This document shows positions 27,501 through 39,500 of a DNA stretch of 64,000 nt, piece by piece. Position 1 is the first letter of the stretch, and every line of letters begins with the position of its first letter. The notes under the pieces are model-generated. The model had not been told where the DNA came from. It made no database searches and worked only from the letters and a program-made list of their open reading frames with translations. The position numbers were made by a program, and so were the translations under genes. Origin of the DNA: Macrostomum lignano (Eukaryota); assembly GCA_002269645.1 (NCBI GenBank), contig NIVC01003365.1:37608-101607 (forward strand), read 5' to 3'.

Positions 27501-30500
27501 GGCCCTGCTGCCTAGCGGTAGTGGACTGCCAGTGAAGCGAGGCGGTTCCACCCAGCTCACCTTCCAGGTGGACCGTCTGCCAAAGACTGCCAGCCTGATG
27601 AAGGTGGTGCTCAAGAGCAGCACGCCGGACAGTGTTCGCGAGGTGACCGTGTTTGTGGCCGACGAGGACAAGCCAGAGAAGTACGTGCAAGTGAACAGGG
27701 AGACGCCGAAGGAGCCTAAGAAGGCGCTGAGCCCAAGCCAACTAGAGAATGTGGAATTCCCCGAGCTGCCGAAGCTGCCCAAGTTTGTGCGCGTCGTGCT
27801 GAAGACGCTGCCAGGCAAGGCGACTAGCGTCAGAGCCGAGTTGAAGGCTTGCCACAAGCCGAAGACTACCGTTAGGACGACACAACAGACGACGACCACG
27901 ACGGGACGCACAACACCGAGCACGACAAGCAGGAAGCCGGGATCGCCAGCCGCCGAGAAGCTCACCTTCCCGATGCCGTCGATGCCAGGAGCGACAGGAA
28001 AGACAACGACAACGCCGGCGCCTACTACAACAACAAGACGCCCGGCCGTGTGCCTGCGCAAGAGCGTGAAACTGTTTGAGAGCGGCGAGCTGCCCAGCGA
28101 CGCGCTGACCAAGGCGGAGAAGCTCCCAGAGAAGAAGGAGTTCACACCCAAGGAGCGAAAGGAGGCCCTGCTGCCTAGCGGTAGTGGACTGCCAGTGAAG
28201 CGAGGCGGTTCCACCCAGCTCACCTTCCAGGTGGACCGTCTGCCAAAGACTGCCAGCCTGATGAAGGTGGTGCTCAAGAGCAGCACGCCGGACAGTGTTC
28301 GCGAGGTGACCGTGTTTGTGGCCGACGAGGACAAGCCAGAGAAGTACGTGCAAGTGAACAGGGAGACGCCGAAGGAGCCTAAGAAGGCGCTGAGCCCAAG
28401 CCAACTAGAGAATGTGGAATTCCCCGAGCTGCCGAAGCTGCCCAAGTTTGTGCGCGTCGTGCTGAAGACGCTGCCAGGCAAGGCGACTAGCGTCAGAGCC
28501 GAGTTGAAGGCTTGCCACAAGCCGAAGACTACCGTTAGGACGACACAACAGACGACGACCACGACGGGACGCACAACACCGAGCACGACAAGCAGGAAGC
28601 CGGGATCGCCAGCCGCCGAGAAGCTCACCTTCCCGATGCCGTCGATGCCAGGAGCGACAGGAAAGACAACGACAACGCCGGCGCCTACTACAACAACAAG
28701 ACGCCCGGCCGTGTGCCTGCGCAAGAGCGTGAAACTGTTTGAGAGCGGCGAGCTGCCCAGCGACGCGCTGACCAAGGCGGAGAAGCTCCCAGAGAAGAAG
28801 GAGTTCACACCCAAGGAGCGAAAGGAGGCCCTGCTGCCTAGCGGTAGTGGACTGCCAGTGAAGCGAGGCGGTTCCACCCAGCTCACCTTCCAGGTGGACC
28901 GTCTGCCAAAGACTGCCAGCCTGATGAAGGTGGTGCTCAAGAGCAGCACGCCGGACAGTGTTCGCGAGGTGACCGTGTTTGTGGCCGACGAGGACAAGCC
29001 AGAGAAGTACGTGCAAGTGAACAGGGAGACGCCGAAGGAGCCTAAGAAGGCGCTGAGCCCAAGCCAACTAGAGAATGTGGAATTCCCCGAGCTGCCGAAG
29101 CTGCCCAAGTTTGTGCGCGTCGTGCTGAAGACGCTGCCAGGCAAGGCGACTAGCGTCAGAGCCGAGTTGAAGGCTTGCCACAAGCCGAAGACTACCGTTA
29201 GGACGACACAACAGACGACGACCACGACGGGACGCACAACACCGAGCACGACAAGCAGGAAGCCGGGATCGCCAGCCGCCGAGAAGCTCACCTTCCCGAT
29301 GCCGTCGATGCCAGGAGCGACAGGAAAGACAACGACAACGCCGGCGCCTACTACAACAACAAGACGCCCGGCCGTGTGCCTGCGCAAGAGCGTGAAACTG
29401 TTTGAGAGCGGCGAGCTGCCCAGCGACGCGCTGACCAAGGCGGAGAAGCTCCCAGAGAAGAAGGAGTTCACACCCAAGGAGCGAAAGGAGGCCCTGCTGC
29501 CTAGCGGTAGTGGACTGCCAGTGAAGCGAGGCGGTTCCACCCAGCTCACCTTCCAGGTGGACCGTCTGCCAAAGACTGCCAGCCTGATGAAGGTGGTGCT
29601 CAAGAGCAGCACGCCGGACAGTGTTCGCGAGGTGACCGTGTTTGTGGCCGACGAGGACAAGCCAGAGAAGTACGTGCAAGTGAACAGGGAGACGCCGAAG
29701 GAGCCTAAGAAGGCGCTGAGCCCAAGCCAACTAGAGAATGTGGAATTCCCCGAGCTGCCGAAGCTGCCCAAGTTTGTGCGCGTCGTGCTGAAGACGCTGC
29801 CAGGCAAGGCGACTAGCGTCAGAGCCGAGTTGAAGGCTTGCCACAAGCCGAAGACTACCGTTAGGACGACACAACAGACGACGACCACGACGGGACGCAC
29901 AACACCGAGCACGACAAGCAGGAAGCCGGGATCGCCAGCCGCCGAGAAGCTCACCTTCCCGATGCCGTCGATGCCAGGAGCGACAGGAAAGACAACGACA
30001 ACGCCGGCGCCTACTACAACAACAAGACGCCCGGCCGTGTGCCTGCGCAAGAGCGTGAAACTGTTTGAGAGCGGCGAGCTGCCCAGCGACGCGCTGACCA
30101 AGGCGGAGAAGCTCCCAGAGAAGAAGGAGTTCACACCCAAGGAGCGAAAGGAGGCCCTGCTGCCTAGCGGTAGTGGACTGCCAGTGAAGCGAGGCGGTTC
30201 CACCCAGCTCACCTTCCAGGTGGACCGTCTGCCAAAGACTGCCAGCCTGATGAAGGTGGTGCTCAAGAGCAGCACGCCGGACAGTGTTCGCGAGGTGACC
30301 GTGTTTGTGGCCGACGAGGACAAGCCAGAGAAGTACGTGCAAGTGAACAGGGAGACGCCGAAGGAGCCTAAGAAGGCGCTGAGCCCAAGCCAACTAGAGA
30401 ATGTGGAATTCCCCGAGCTGCCGAAGCTGCCCAAGTTTGTGCGCGTCGTGCTGAAGACGCTGCCAGGCAAGGCGACTAGCGTCAGAGCCGAGTTGAAGGC

Positions 30501-33500
30501 TTGCCACAAGCCGAAGACTACCGTTAGGACGACACAACAGACGACGACCACGACGGGACGCACAACACCGAGCACGACAAGCAGGAAGCCGGGATCGCCA
30601 GCCGCCGAGAAGCTCACCTTCCCGATGCCGTCGATGCCAGGAGCGACAGGAAAGACAACGACAACGCCGGCGCCTACTACAACAACAAGACGCCCGGCCG
30701 TGTGCCTGCGCAAGAGCGTGAAACTGTTTGAGAGCGGCGAGCTGCCCAGCGACGCGCTGACCAAGGCGGAGAAGCTCCCAGAGAAGAAGGAGTTCACACC
30801 CAAGGAGCGAAAGGAGGCCCTGCTGCCTAGCGGTAGTGGACTGCCAGTGAAGCGAGGCGGTTCCACCCAGCTCACCTTCCAGGTGGACCGTCTGCCAAAG
30901 ACTGCCAGCCTGATGAAGGTGGTGCTCAAGAGCAGCACGCCGGACAGTGTTCGCGAGGTGACCGTGTTTGTGGCCGACGAGGACAAGCCAGAGAAGTACG
31001 TGCAAGTGAACAGGGAGACGCCGAAGGAGCCTAAGAAGGCGCTGAGCCCAAGCCAACTAGAGAATGTGGAATTCCCCGAGCTGCCGAAGCTGCCCAAGTT
31101 TGTGCGCGTCGTGCTGAAGACGCTGCCAGGCAAGGCGACTAGCGTCAGAGCCGAGTTGAAGGCTTGCCACAAGCCGAAGACTACCGTTAGGACGACACAA
31201 CAGACGACGACCACGACGGGACGCACAACACCGAGCACGACAAGCAGGAAGCCGGGATCGCCAGCCGCCGAGAAGCTCACCTTCCCGATGCCGTCGATGC
31301 CAGGAGCGACAGGAAAGACAACGACAACGCCGGCGCCTACTACAACAACAAGACGCCCGGCCGTGTGCCTGCGCAAGAGCGTGAAACTGTTTGAGAGCGG
31401 CGAGCTGCCCAGCGACGCGCTGACCAAGGCGGAGAAGCTCCCAGAGAAGAAGGAGTTCACACCCAAGGAGCGAAAGGAGGCCCTGCTGCCTAGCGGTAGT
31501 GGACTGCCAGTGAAGCGAGGCGGTTCCACCCAGCTCACCTTCCAGGTGGACCGTCTGCCAAAGACTGCCAGCCTGATGAAGGTGGTGCTCAAGAGCAGCA
31601 CGCCGGACAGTGTTCGCGAGGTGACCGTGTTTGTGGCCGACGAGGACAAGCCAGAGAAGTACGTGCAAGTGAACAGGGAGACGCCGAAGGAGCCTAAGAA
31701 GGCGCTGAGCCCAAGCCAACTAGAGAATGTGGAATTCCCCGAGCTGCCGAAGCTGCCCAAGTTTGTGCGCGTCGTGCTGAAGACGCTGCCAGGCAAGGCG
31801 ACTAGCGTCAGAGCCGAGTTGAAGGCTTGCCACAAGCCGAAGACTACCGTTAGGACGACACAACAGACGACGACCACGACGGGACGCACAACACCGAGCA
31901 CGACAAGCAGGAAGCCGGGATCGCCAGCCGCCGAGAAGCTCACCTTCCCGATGCCGTCGATGCCAGGAGCGACAGGAAAGACAACGACAACGCCGGCGCC
32001 TACTACAACAACAAGACGCCCGGCCGTGTGCCTGCGCAAGAGCGTGAAACTGTTTGAGAGCGGCGAGCTGCCCAGCGACGCGCTGACCAAGGCGGAGAAG
32101 CTCCCAGAGAAGAAGGAGTTCACACCCAAGGAGCGAAAGGAGGCCCTGCTGCCTAGCGGTAGTGGACTGCCAGTGAAGCGAGGCGGTTCCACCCAGCTCA
32201 CCTTCCAGGTGGACCGTCTGCCAAAGACTGCCAGCCTGATGAAGGTGGTGCTCAAGAGCAGCACGCCGGACAGTGTTCGCGAGGTGACCGTGTTTGTGGC
32301 CGACGAGGACAAGCCAGAGAAGTACGTGCAAGTGAACAGGGAGACGCCGAAGGAGCCTAAGAAGGCGCTGAGCCCAAGCCAACTAGAGAATGTGGAATTC
32401 CCCGAGCTGCCGAAGCTGCCCAAGTTTGTGCGCGTCGTGCTGAAGACGCTGCCAGGCAAGGCGACTAGCGTCAGAGCCGAGTTGAAGGCTTGCCACAAGC
32501 CGAAGACTACCGTTAGGACGACACAACAGACGACGACCACGACGGGACGCACAACACCGAGCACGACAAGCAGGAAGCCGGGATCGCCAGCCGCCGAGAA
32601 GCTCACCTTCCCGATGCCGTCGATGCCAGGAGCGACAGGAAAGACAACGACAACGCCGGCGCCTACTACAACAACAAGACGCCCGGCCGTGTGCCTGCGC
32701 AAGAGCGTGAAACTGTTTGAGAGCGGCGAGCTGCCCAGCGACGCGCTGACCAAGGCGGAGAAGCTCCCAGAGAAGAAGGAGTTCACACCCAAGGAGCGAA
32801 AGGAGGCCCTGCTGCCTAGCGGTAGTGGACTGCCAGTGAAGCGAGGCGGTTCCACCCAGCTCACCTTCCAGGTGGACCGTCTGCCAAAGACTGCCAGCCT
32901 GATGAAGGTGGTGCTCAAGAGCAGCACGCCGGACAGTGTTCGCGAGGTGACCGTGTTTGTGGCCGACGAGGACAAGCCAGAGAAGTACGTGCAAGTGAAC
33001 AGGGAGACGCCGAAGGAGCCTAAGAAGGCGCTGAGCCCAAGCCAACTAGAGAATGTGGAATTCCCCGAGCTGCCGAAGCTGCCCAAGTTTGTGCGCGTCG
33101 TGCTGAAGACGCTGCCAGGCAAGGCGACTAGCGTCAGAGCCGAGTTGAAGGCTTGCCACAAGCCGAAGACTACCGTTAGGACGACACAACAGACGACGAC
33201 CACGACGGGACGCACAACACCGAGCACGACAAGCAGGAAGCCGGGATCGCCAGCCGCCGAGAAGCTCACCTTCCCGATGCCGTCGATGCCAGGAGCGACA
33301 GGAAAGACAACGACAACGCCGGCGCCTACTACAACAACAAGACGCCCGGCCGTGTGCCTGCGCAAGAGCGTGAAACTGTTTGAGAGCGGCGAGCTGCCCA
33401 GCGACGCGCTGACCAAGGCGGAGAAGCTCCCAGAGAAGAAGGAGTTCACACCCAAGGAGCGAAAGGAGGCCCTGCTGCCTAGCGGTAGTGGACTGCCAGT

Positions 33501-36500
33501 GAAGCGAGGCGGTTCCACCCAGCTCACCTTCCAGGTGGACCGTCTGCCAAAGACTGCCAGCCTGATGAAGGTGGTGCTCAAGAGCAGCACGCCGGACAGT
33601 GTTCGCGAGGTGACCGTGTTTGTGGCCGACGAGGACAAGCCAGAGAAGTACGTGCAAGTGAACAGGGAGACGCCGAAGGAGCCTAAGAAGGCGCTGAGCC
33701 CAAGCCAACTAGAGAATGTGGAATTCCCCGAGCTGCCGAAGCTGCCCAAGTTTGTGCGCGTCGTGCTGAAGACGCTGCCAGGCAAGGCGACTAGCGTCAG
33801 AGCCGAGTTGAAGGCTTGCCACAAGCCGAAGACTACCGTTAGGACGACACAACAGACGACGACCACGACGGGACGCACAACACCGAGCACGACAAGCAGG
33901 AAGCCGGGATCGCCAGCCGCCGAGAAGCTCACCTTCCCGATGCCGTCGATGCCAGGAGCGACAGGAAAGACAACGACAACGCCGGCGCCTACTACAACAA
34001 CAAGACGCCCGGCCGTGTGCCTGCGCAAGAGCGTGAAACTGTTTGAGAGCGGCGAGCTGCCCAGCGACGCGCTGACCAAGGCGGAGAAGCTCCCAGAGAA
34101 GAAGGAGTTCACACCCAAGGAGCGAAAGGAGGCCCTGCTGCCTAGCGGTAGTGGACTGCCAGTGAAGCGAGGCGGTTCCACCCAGCTCACCTTCCAGGTG
34201 GACCGTCTGCCAAAGACTGCCAGCCTGATGAAGGTGGTGCTCAAGAGCAGCACGCCGGACAGTGTTCGCGAGGTGACCGTGTTTGTGGCCGACGAGGACA
34301 AGCCAGAGAAGTACGTGCAAGTGAACAGGGAGACGCCGAAGGAGCCTAAGAAGGCGCTGAGCCCAAGCCAACTAGAGAATGTGGAATTCCCCGAGCTGCC
34401 GAAGCTGCCCAAGTTTGTGCGCGTCGTGCTGAAGACGCTGCCAGGCAAGGCGACTAGCGTCAGAGCCGAGTTGAAGGCTTGCCACAAGCCGAAGACTACC
34501 GTTAGGACGACACAACAGACGACGACCACGACGGGACGCACAACACCGAGCACGACAAGCAGGAAGCCGGGATCGCCAGCCGCCGAGAAGCTCACCTTCC
34601 CGATGCCGTCGATGCCAGGAGCGACAGGAAAGACAACGACAACGCCGGCGCCTACTACAACAACAAGACGCCCGGCCGTGTGCCTGCGCAAGAGCGTGAA
34701 ACTGTTTGAGAGCGGCGAGCTGCCCAGCGACGCGCTGACCAAGGCGGAGAAGCTCCCAGAGAAGAAGGAGTTCACACCCAAGGAGCGAAAGGAGGCCCTG
34801 CTGCCTAGCGGTAGTGGACTGCCAGTGAAGCGAGGCGGTTCCACCCAGCTCACCTTCCAGGTGGACCGTCTGCCAAAGACTGCCAGCCTGATGAAGGTGG
34901 TGCTCAAGAGCAGCACGCCGGACAGTGTTCGCGAGGTGACCGTGTTTGTGGCCGACGAGGACAAGCCAGAGAAGTACGTGCAAGTGAACAGGGAGACGCC
35001 GAAGGAGCCTAAGAAGGCGCTGAGCCCAAGCCAACTAGAGAATGTGGAATTCCCCGAGCTGCCGAAGCTGCCCAAGTTTGTGCGCGTCGTGCTGAAGACG
35101 CTGCCAGGCAAGGCGACTAGCGTCAGAGCCGAGTTGAAGGCTTGCCACAAGCCGAAGACTACCGTTAGGACGACACAACAGACGACGACCACGACGGGAC
35201 GCACAACACCGAGCACGACAAGCAGGAAGCCGGGATCGCCAGCCGCCGAGAAGCTCACCTTCCCGATGCCGTCGATGCCAGGAGCGACAGGAAAGACAAC
35301 GACAACGCCGGCGCCTACTACAACAACAAGACGCCCGGCCGTGTGCCTGCGCAAGAGCGTGAAACTGTTTGAGAGCGGCGAGCTGCCCAGCGACGCGCTG
35401 ACCAAGGCGGAGAAGCTCCCAGAGAAGAAGGAGTTCACACCCAAGGAGCGAAAGGAGGCCCTGCTGCCTAGCGGTAGTGGACTGCCAGTGAAGCGAGGCG
35501 GTTCCACCCAGCTCACCTTCCAGGTGGACCGTCTGCCAAAGACTGCCAGCCTGATGAAGGTGGTGCTCAAGAGCAGCACGCCGGACAGTGTTCGCGAGGT
35601 GACCGTGTTTGTGGCCGACGAGGACAAGCCAGAGAAGTACGTGCAAGTGAACAGGGAGACGCCGAAGGAGCCTAAGAAGGCGCTGAGCCCAAGCCAACTA
35701 GAGAATGTGGAATTCCCCGAGCTGCCGAAGCTGCCCAAGTTTGTGCGCGTCGTGCTGAAGACGCTGCCAGGCAAGGCGACTAGCGTCAGAGCCGAGTTGA
35801 AGGCTTGCCACAAGCCGAAGACTACCGTTAGGACGACACAACAGACGACGACCACGACGGGACGCACAACACCGAGCACGACAAGCAGGAAGCCGGGATC
35901 GCCAGCCGCCGAGAAGCTCACCTTCCCGATGCCGTCGATGCCAGGAGCGACAGGAAAGACAACGACAACGCCGGCGCCTACTACAACAACAAGACGCCCG
36001 GCCGTGTGCCTGCGCAAGAGCGTGAAACTGTTTGAGAGCGGCGAGCTGCCCAGCGACGCGCTGACCAAGGCGGAGAAGCTCCCAGAGAAGAAGGAGTTCA
36101 CACCCAAGGAGCGAAAGGAGGCCCTGCTGCCTAGCGGTAGTGGACTGCCAGTGAAGCGAGGCGGTTCCACCCAGCTCACCTTCCAGGTGGACCGTCTGCC
36201 AAAGACTGCCAGCCTGATGAAGGTGGTGCTCAAGAGCAGCACGCCGGACAGTGTTCGCGAGGTGACCGTGTTTGTGGCCGACGAGGACAAGCCAGAGAAG
36301 TACGTGCAAGTGAACAGGGAGACGCCGAAGGAGCCTAAGAAGGCGCTGAGCCCAAGCCAACTAGAGAATGTGGAATTCCCCGAGCTGCCGAAGCTGCCCA
36401 AGTTTGTGCGCGTCGTGCTGAAGACGCTGCCAGGCAAGGCGACTAGCGTCAGAGCCGAGTTGAAGGCTTGCCACAAGCCGAAGACTACCGTTAGGACGAC

Positions 36501-39500
36501 ACAACAGACGACGACCACGACGGGACGCACAACACCGAGCACGACAAGCAGGAAGCCGGGATCGCCAGCCGCCGAGAAGCTCACCTTCCCGATGCCGTCG
36601 ATGCCAGGAGCGACAGGAAAGACAACGACAACGCCGGCGCCTACTACAACAACAAGACGCCCGGCCGTGTGCCTGCGCAAGAGCGTGAAACTGTTTGAGA
36701 GCGGCGAGCTGCCCAGCGACGCGCTGACCAAGGCGGAGAAGCTCCCAGAGAAGAAGGAGTTCACACCCAAGGAGCGAAAGGAGGCCCTGCTGCCTAGCGG
36801 TAGTGGACTGCCAGTGAAGCGAGGCGGTTCCACCCAGCTCACCTTCCAGGTGGACCGTCTGCCAAAGACTGCCAGCCTGATGAAGGTGGTGCTCAAGAGC
36901 AGCACGCCGGACAGTGTTCGCGAGGTGACCGTGTTTGTGGCCGACGAGGACAAGCCAGAGAAGTACGTGCAAGTGAACAGGGAGACGCCGAAGGAGCCTA
37001 AGAAGGCGCTGAGCCCAAGCCAACTAGAGAATGTGGAATTCCCCGAGCTGCCGAAGCTGCCCAAGTTTGTGCGCGTCGTGCTGAAGACGCTGCCAGGCAA
37101 GGCGACTAGCGTCAGAGCCGAGTTGAAGGCTTGCCACAAGCCGAAGACTACCGTTAGGACGACACAACAGACGACGACCACGACGGGACGCACAACACCG
37201 AGCACGACAAGCAGGAAGCCGGGATCGCCAGCCGCCGAGAAGCTCACCTTCCCGATGCCGTCGATGCCAGGAGCGACAGGAAAGACAACGACAACGCCGG
37301 CGCCTACTACAACAACAAGACGCCCGGCCGTGTGCCTGCGCAAGAGCGTGAAACTGTTTGAGAGCGGCGAGCTGCCCAGCGACGCGCTGACCAAGGCGGA
37401 GAAGCTCCCAGAGAAGAAGGAGTTCACACCCAAGGAGCGAAAGGAGGCCCTGCTGCCTAGCGGTAGTGGACTGCCAGTGAAGCGAGGCGGTTCCACCCAG
37501 CTCACCTTCCAGGTGGACCGTCTGCCAAAGACTGCCAGCCTGATGAAGGTGGTGCTCAAGAGCAGCACGCCGGACAGTGTTCGCGAGGTGACCGTGTTTG
37601 TGGCCGACGAGGACAAGCCAGAGAAGTACGTGCAAGTGAACAGGGAGACGCCGAAGGAGCCTAAGAAGGCGCTGAGCCCAAGCCAACTAGAGAATGTGGA
37701 ATTCCCCGAGCTGCCGAAGCTGCCCAAGTTTGTGCGCGTCGTGCTGAAGACGCTGCCAGGCAAGGCGACTAGCGTCAGAGCCGAGTTGAAGGCTTGCCAC
37801 AAGCCGAAGACTACCGTTAGGACGACACAACAGACGACGACCACGACGGGACGCACAACACCGAGCACGACAAGCAGGAAGCCGGGATCGCCAGCCGCCG
37901 AGAAGCTCACCTTCCCGATGCCGTCGATGCCAGGAGCGACAGGAAAGACAACGACAACGCCGGCGCCTACTACAACAACAAGACGCCCGGCCGTGTGCCT
38001 GCGCAAGAGCGTGAAACTGTTTGAGAGCGGCGAGCTGCCCAGCGACGCGCTGACCAAGGCGGAGAAGCTCCCAGAGAAGAAGGAGTTCACACCCAAGGAG
38101 CGAAAGGAGGCCCTGCTGCCTAGCGGTAGTGGACTGCCAGTGAAGCGAGGCGGTTCCACCCAGCTCACCTTCCAGGTGGACCGTCTGCCAAAGACTGCCA
38201 GCCTGATGAAGGTGGTGCTCAAGAGCAGCACGCCGGACAGTGTTCGCGAGGTGACCGTGTTTGTGGCCGACGAGGACAAGCCAGAGAAGTACGTGCAAGT
38301 GAACAGGGAGACGCCGAAGGAGCCTAAGAAGGCGCTGAGCCCAAGCCAACTAGAGAATGTGGAATTCCCCGAGCTGCCGAAGCTGCCCAAGTTTGTGCGC
38401 GTAATAGTTCAAGTTTTGGCTGAGATGTCACGATGTCTCTTTGGATCTATTTTCGTGTCAGGATGATTTTTATCCATGTATGAATTGCACACACAACGGG
38501 ACTTCGTACATTGAAGGCTCGATTGTATCGCTTAATGGAGTCAAATGTGATCATCAGTAAGTGTTTAACGCGACTTGTAGTTTTTGGAGTTAAAGTTTTT
38601 GTTTATTGTGAATTTCTTCGTTTTTAGTGTGTGCCGGAAACGATCGTGGGAGCCTCTTTATGACTGCTCGTCATGGAGTTCCTGGTCAAACTGCTCGTCG
38701 GAATGCGATGCCGGATTCAAGACTAGGATGAAGATCTGTCGGTCTAGTTTCCGGGATCTGATTGCAAGGCAAAATCTGACGTCGTTGGAAAAGTGCTTTA
38801 ACCAGGTCGAGCGAGAACCGTGTTTTAACAGAAGATGCTCTAGTATGTATTTTTTGCAATGCTCTTCTTCGTCACTTGAATTTTCGTTAATCTACTGCAA
38901 TTTTGTTTTTTTTTCAGAAACTGAGTGCAACCCTGCAGAATGGGGTCCCTGGAGCCCGTGCTCTGGAGAGTGCAGCACTTTGCTTTCAGAGCGGAAGCGG
39001 CAGCCGGGCAGCGCTGTGTTGTCAGAATTTTGCAAGAAAGTTCAACTGCCAGAATCGCGCATGTGCCCGAAAACGGAAAAGTGCCGTAAGTTTAGAATCT
39101 GCTTTTTTATTAGTAATTCCTTCTTTGTATACCGAGACGCATTCCATTGTGCTTTACTATTCTTTATTTAGTCTTGCTCTTTTAAAGTAGGATTTAAATC
39201 ATTTTCCTCTTTCAGTGTGCAAGGATCCCAATGCAGCGTGGAACAACTGCTCAAACCAATGTCCTTTCACATGCGGCCACCTCTCCGAGCAATCTGCGTG
39301 TGTCATGACCTCTGCCTGCGTGCCTGGGTGCGCGTGCAAGCCAGGCTATTACCTGCAGGACGGCCGCTGCGTACCGCAGTCGCAGTGCCGCTGCCCAGGT
39401 CTCACACCAACTACATTGGCGATTAGTACAACTGCACTGACGACTCCCAGTACTGGAGCCGCTGCCGCCTTGTTTGTGTCTTACTCAAGTCCAAAGGCTC

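Noticed and set aside
21316-38349. Series of 220-aa minus-strand ORFs (MAWAQRLL...)
   Set aside because: Repeat-phase shadows, each ended by the complement of the single CTA codon per unit.
20664-38390. 5908-aa antisense ORF
   Set aside because: Shadow of the sense repeat: one stop-free 663-bp unit repeated gives an arbitrarily long ORF. The Val/Gly/Ser/Leu-rich text is the complement of Thr/Lys/Pro codons and has no domain pattern.
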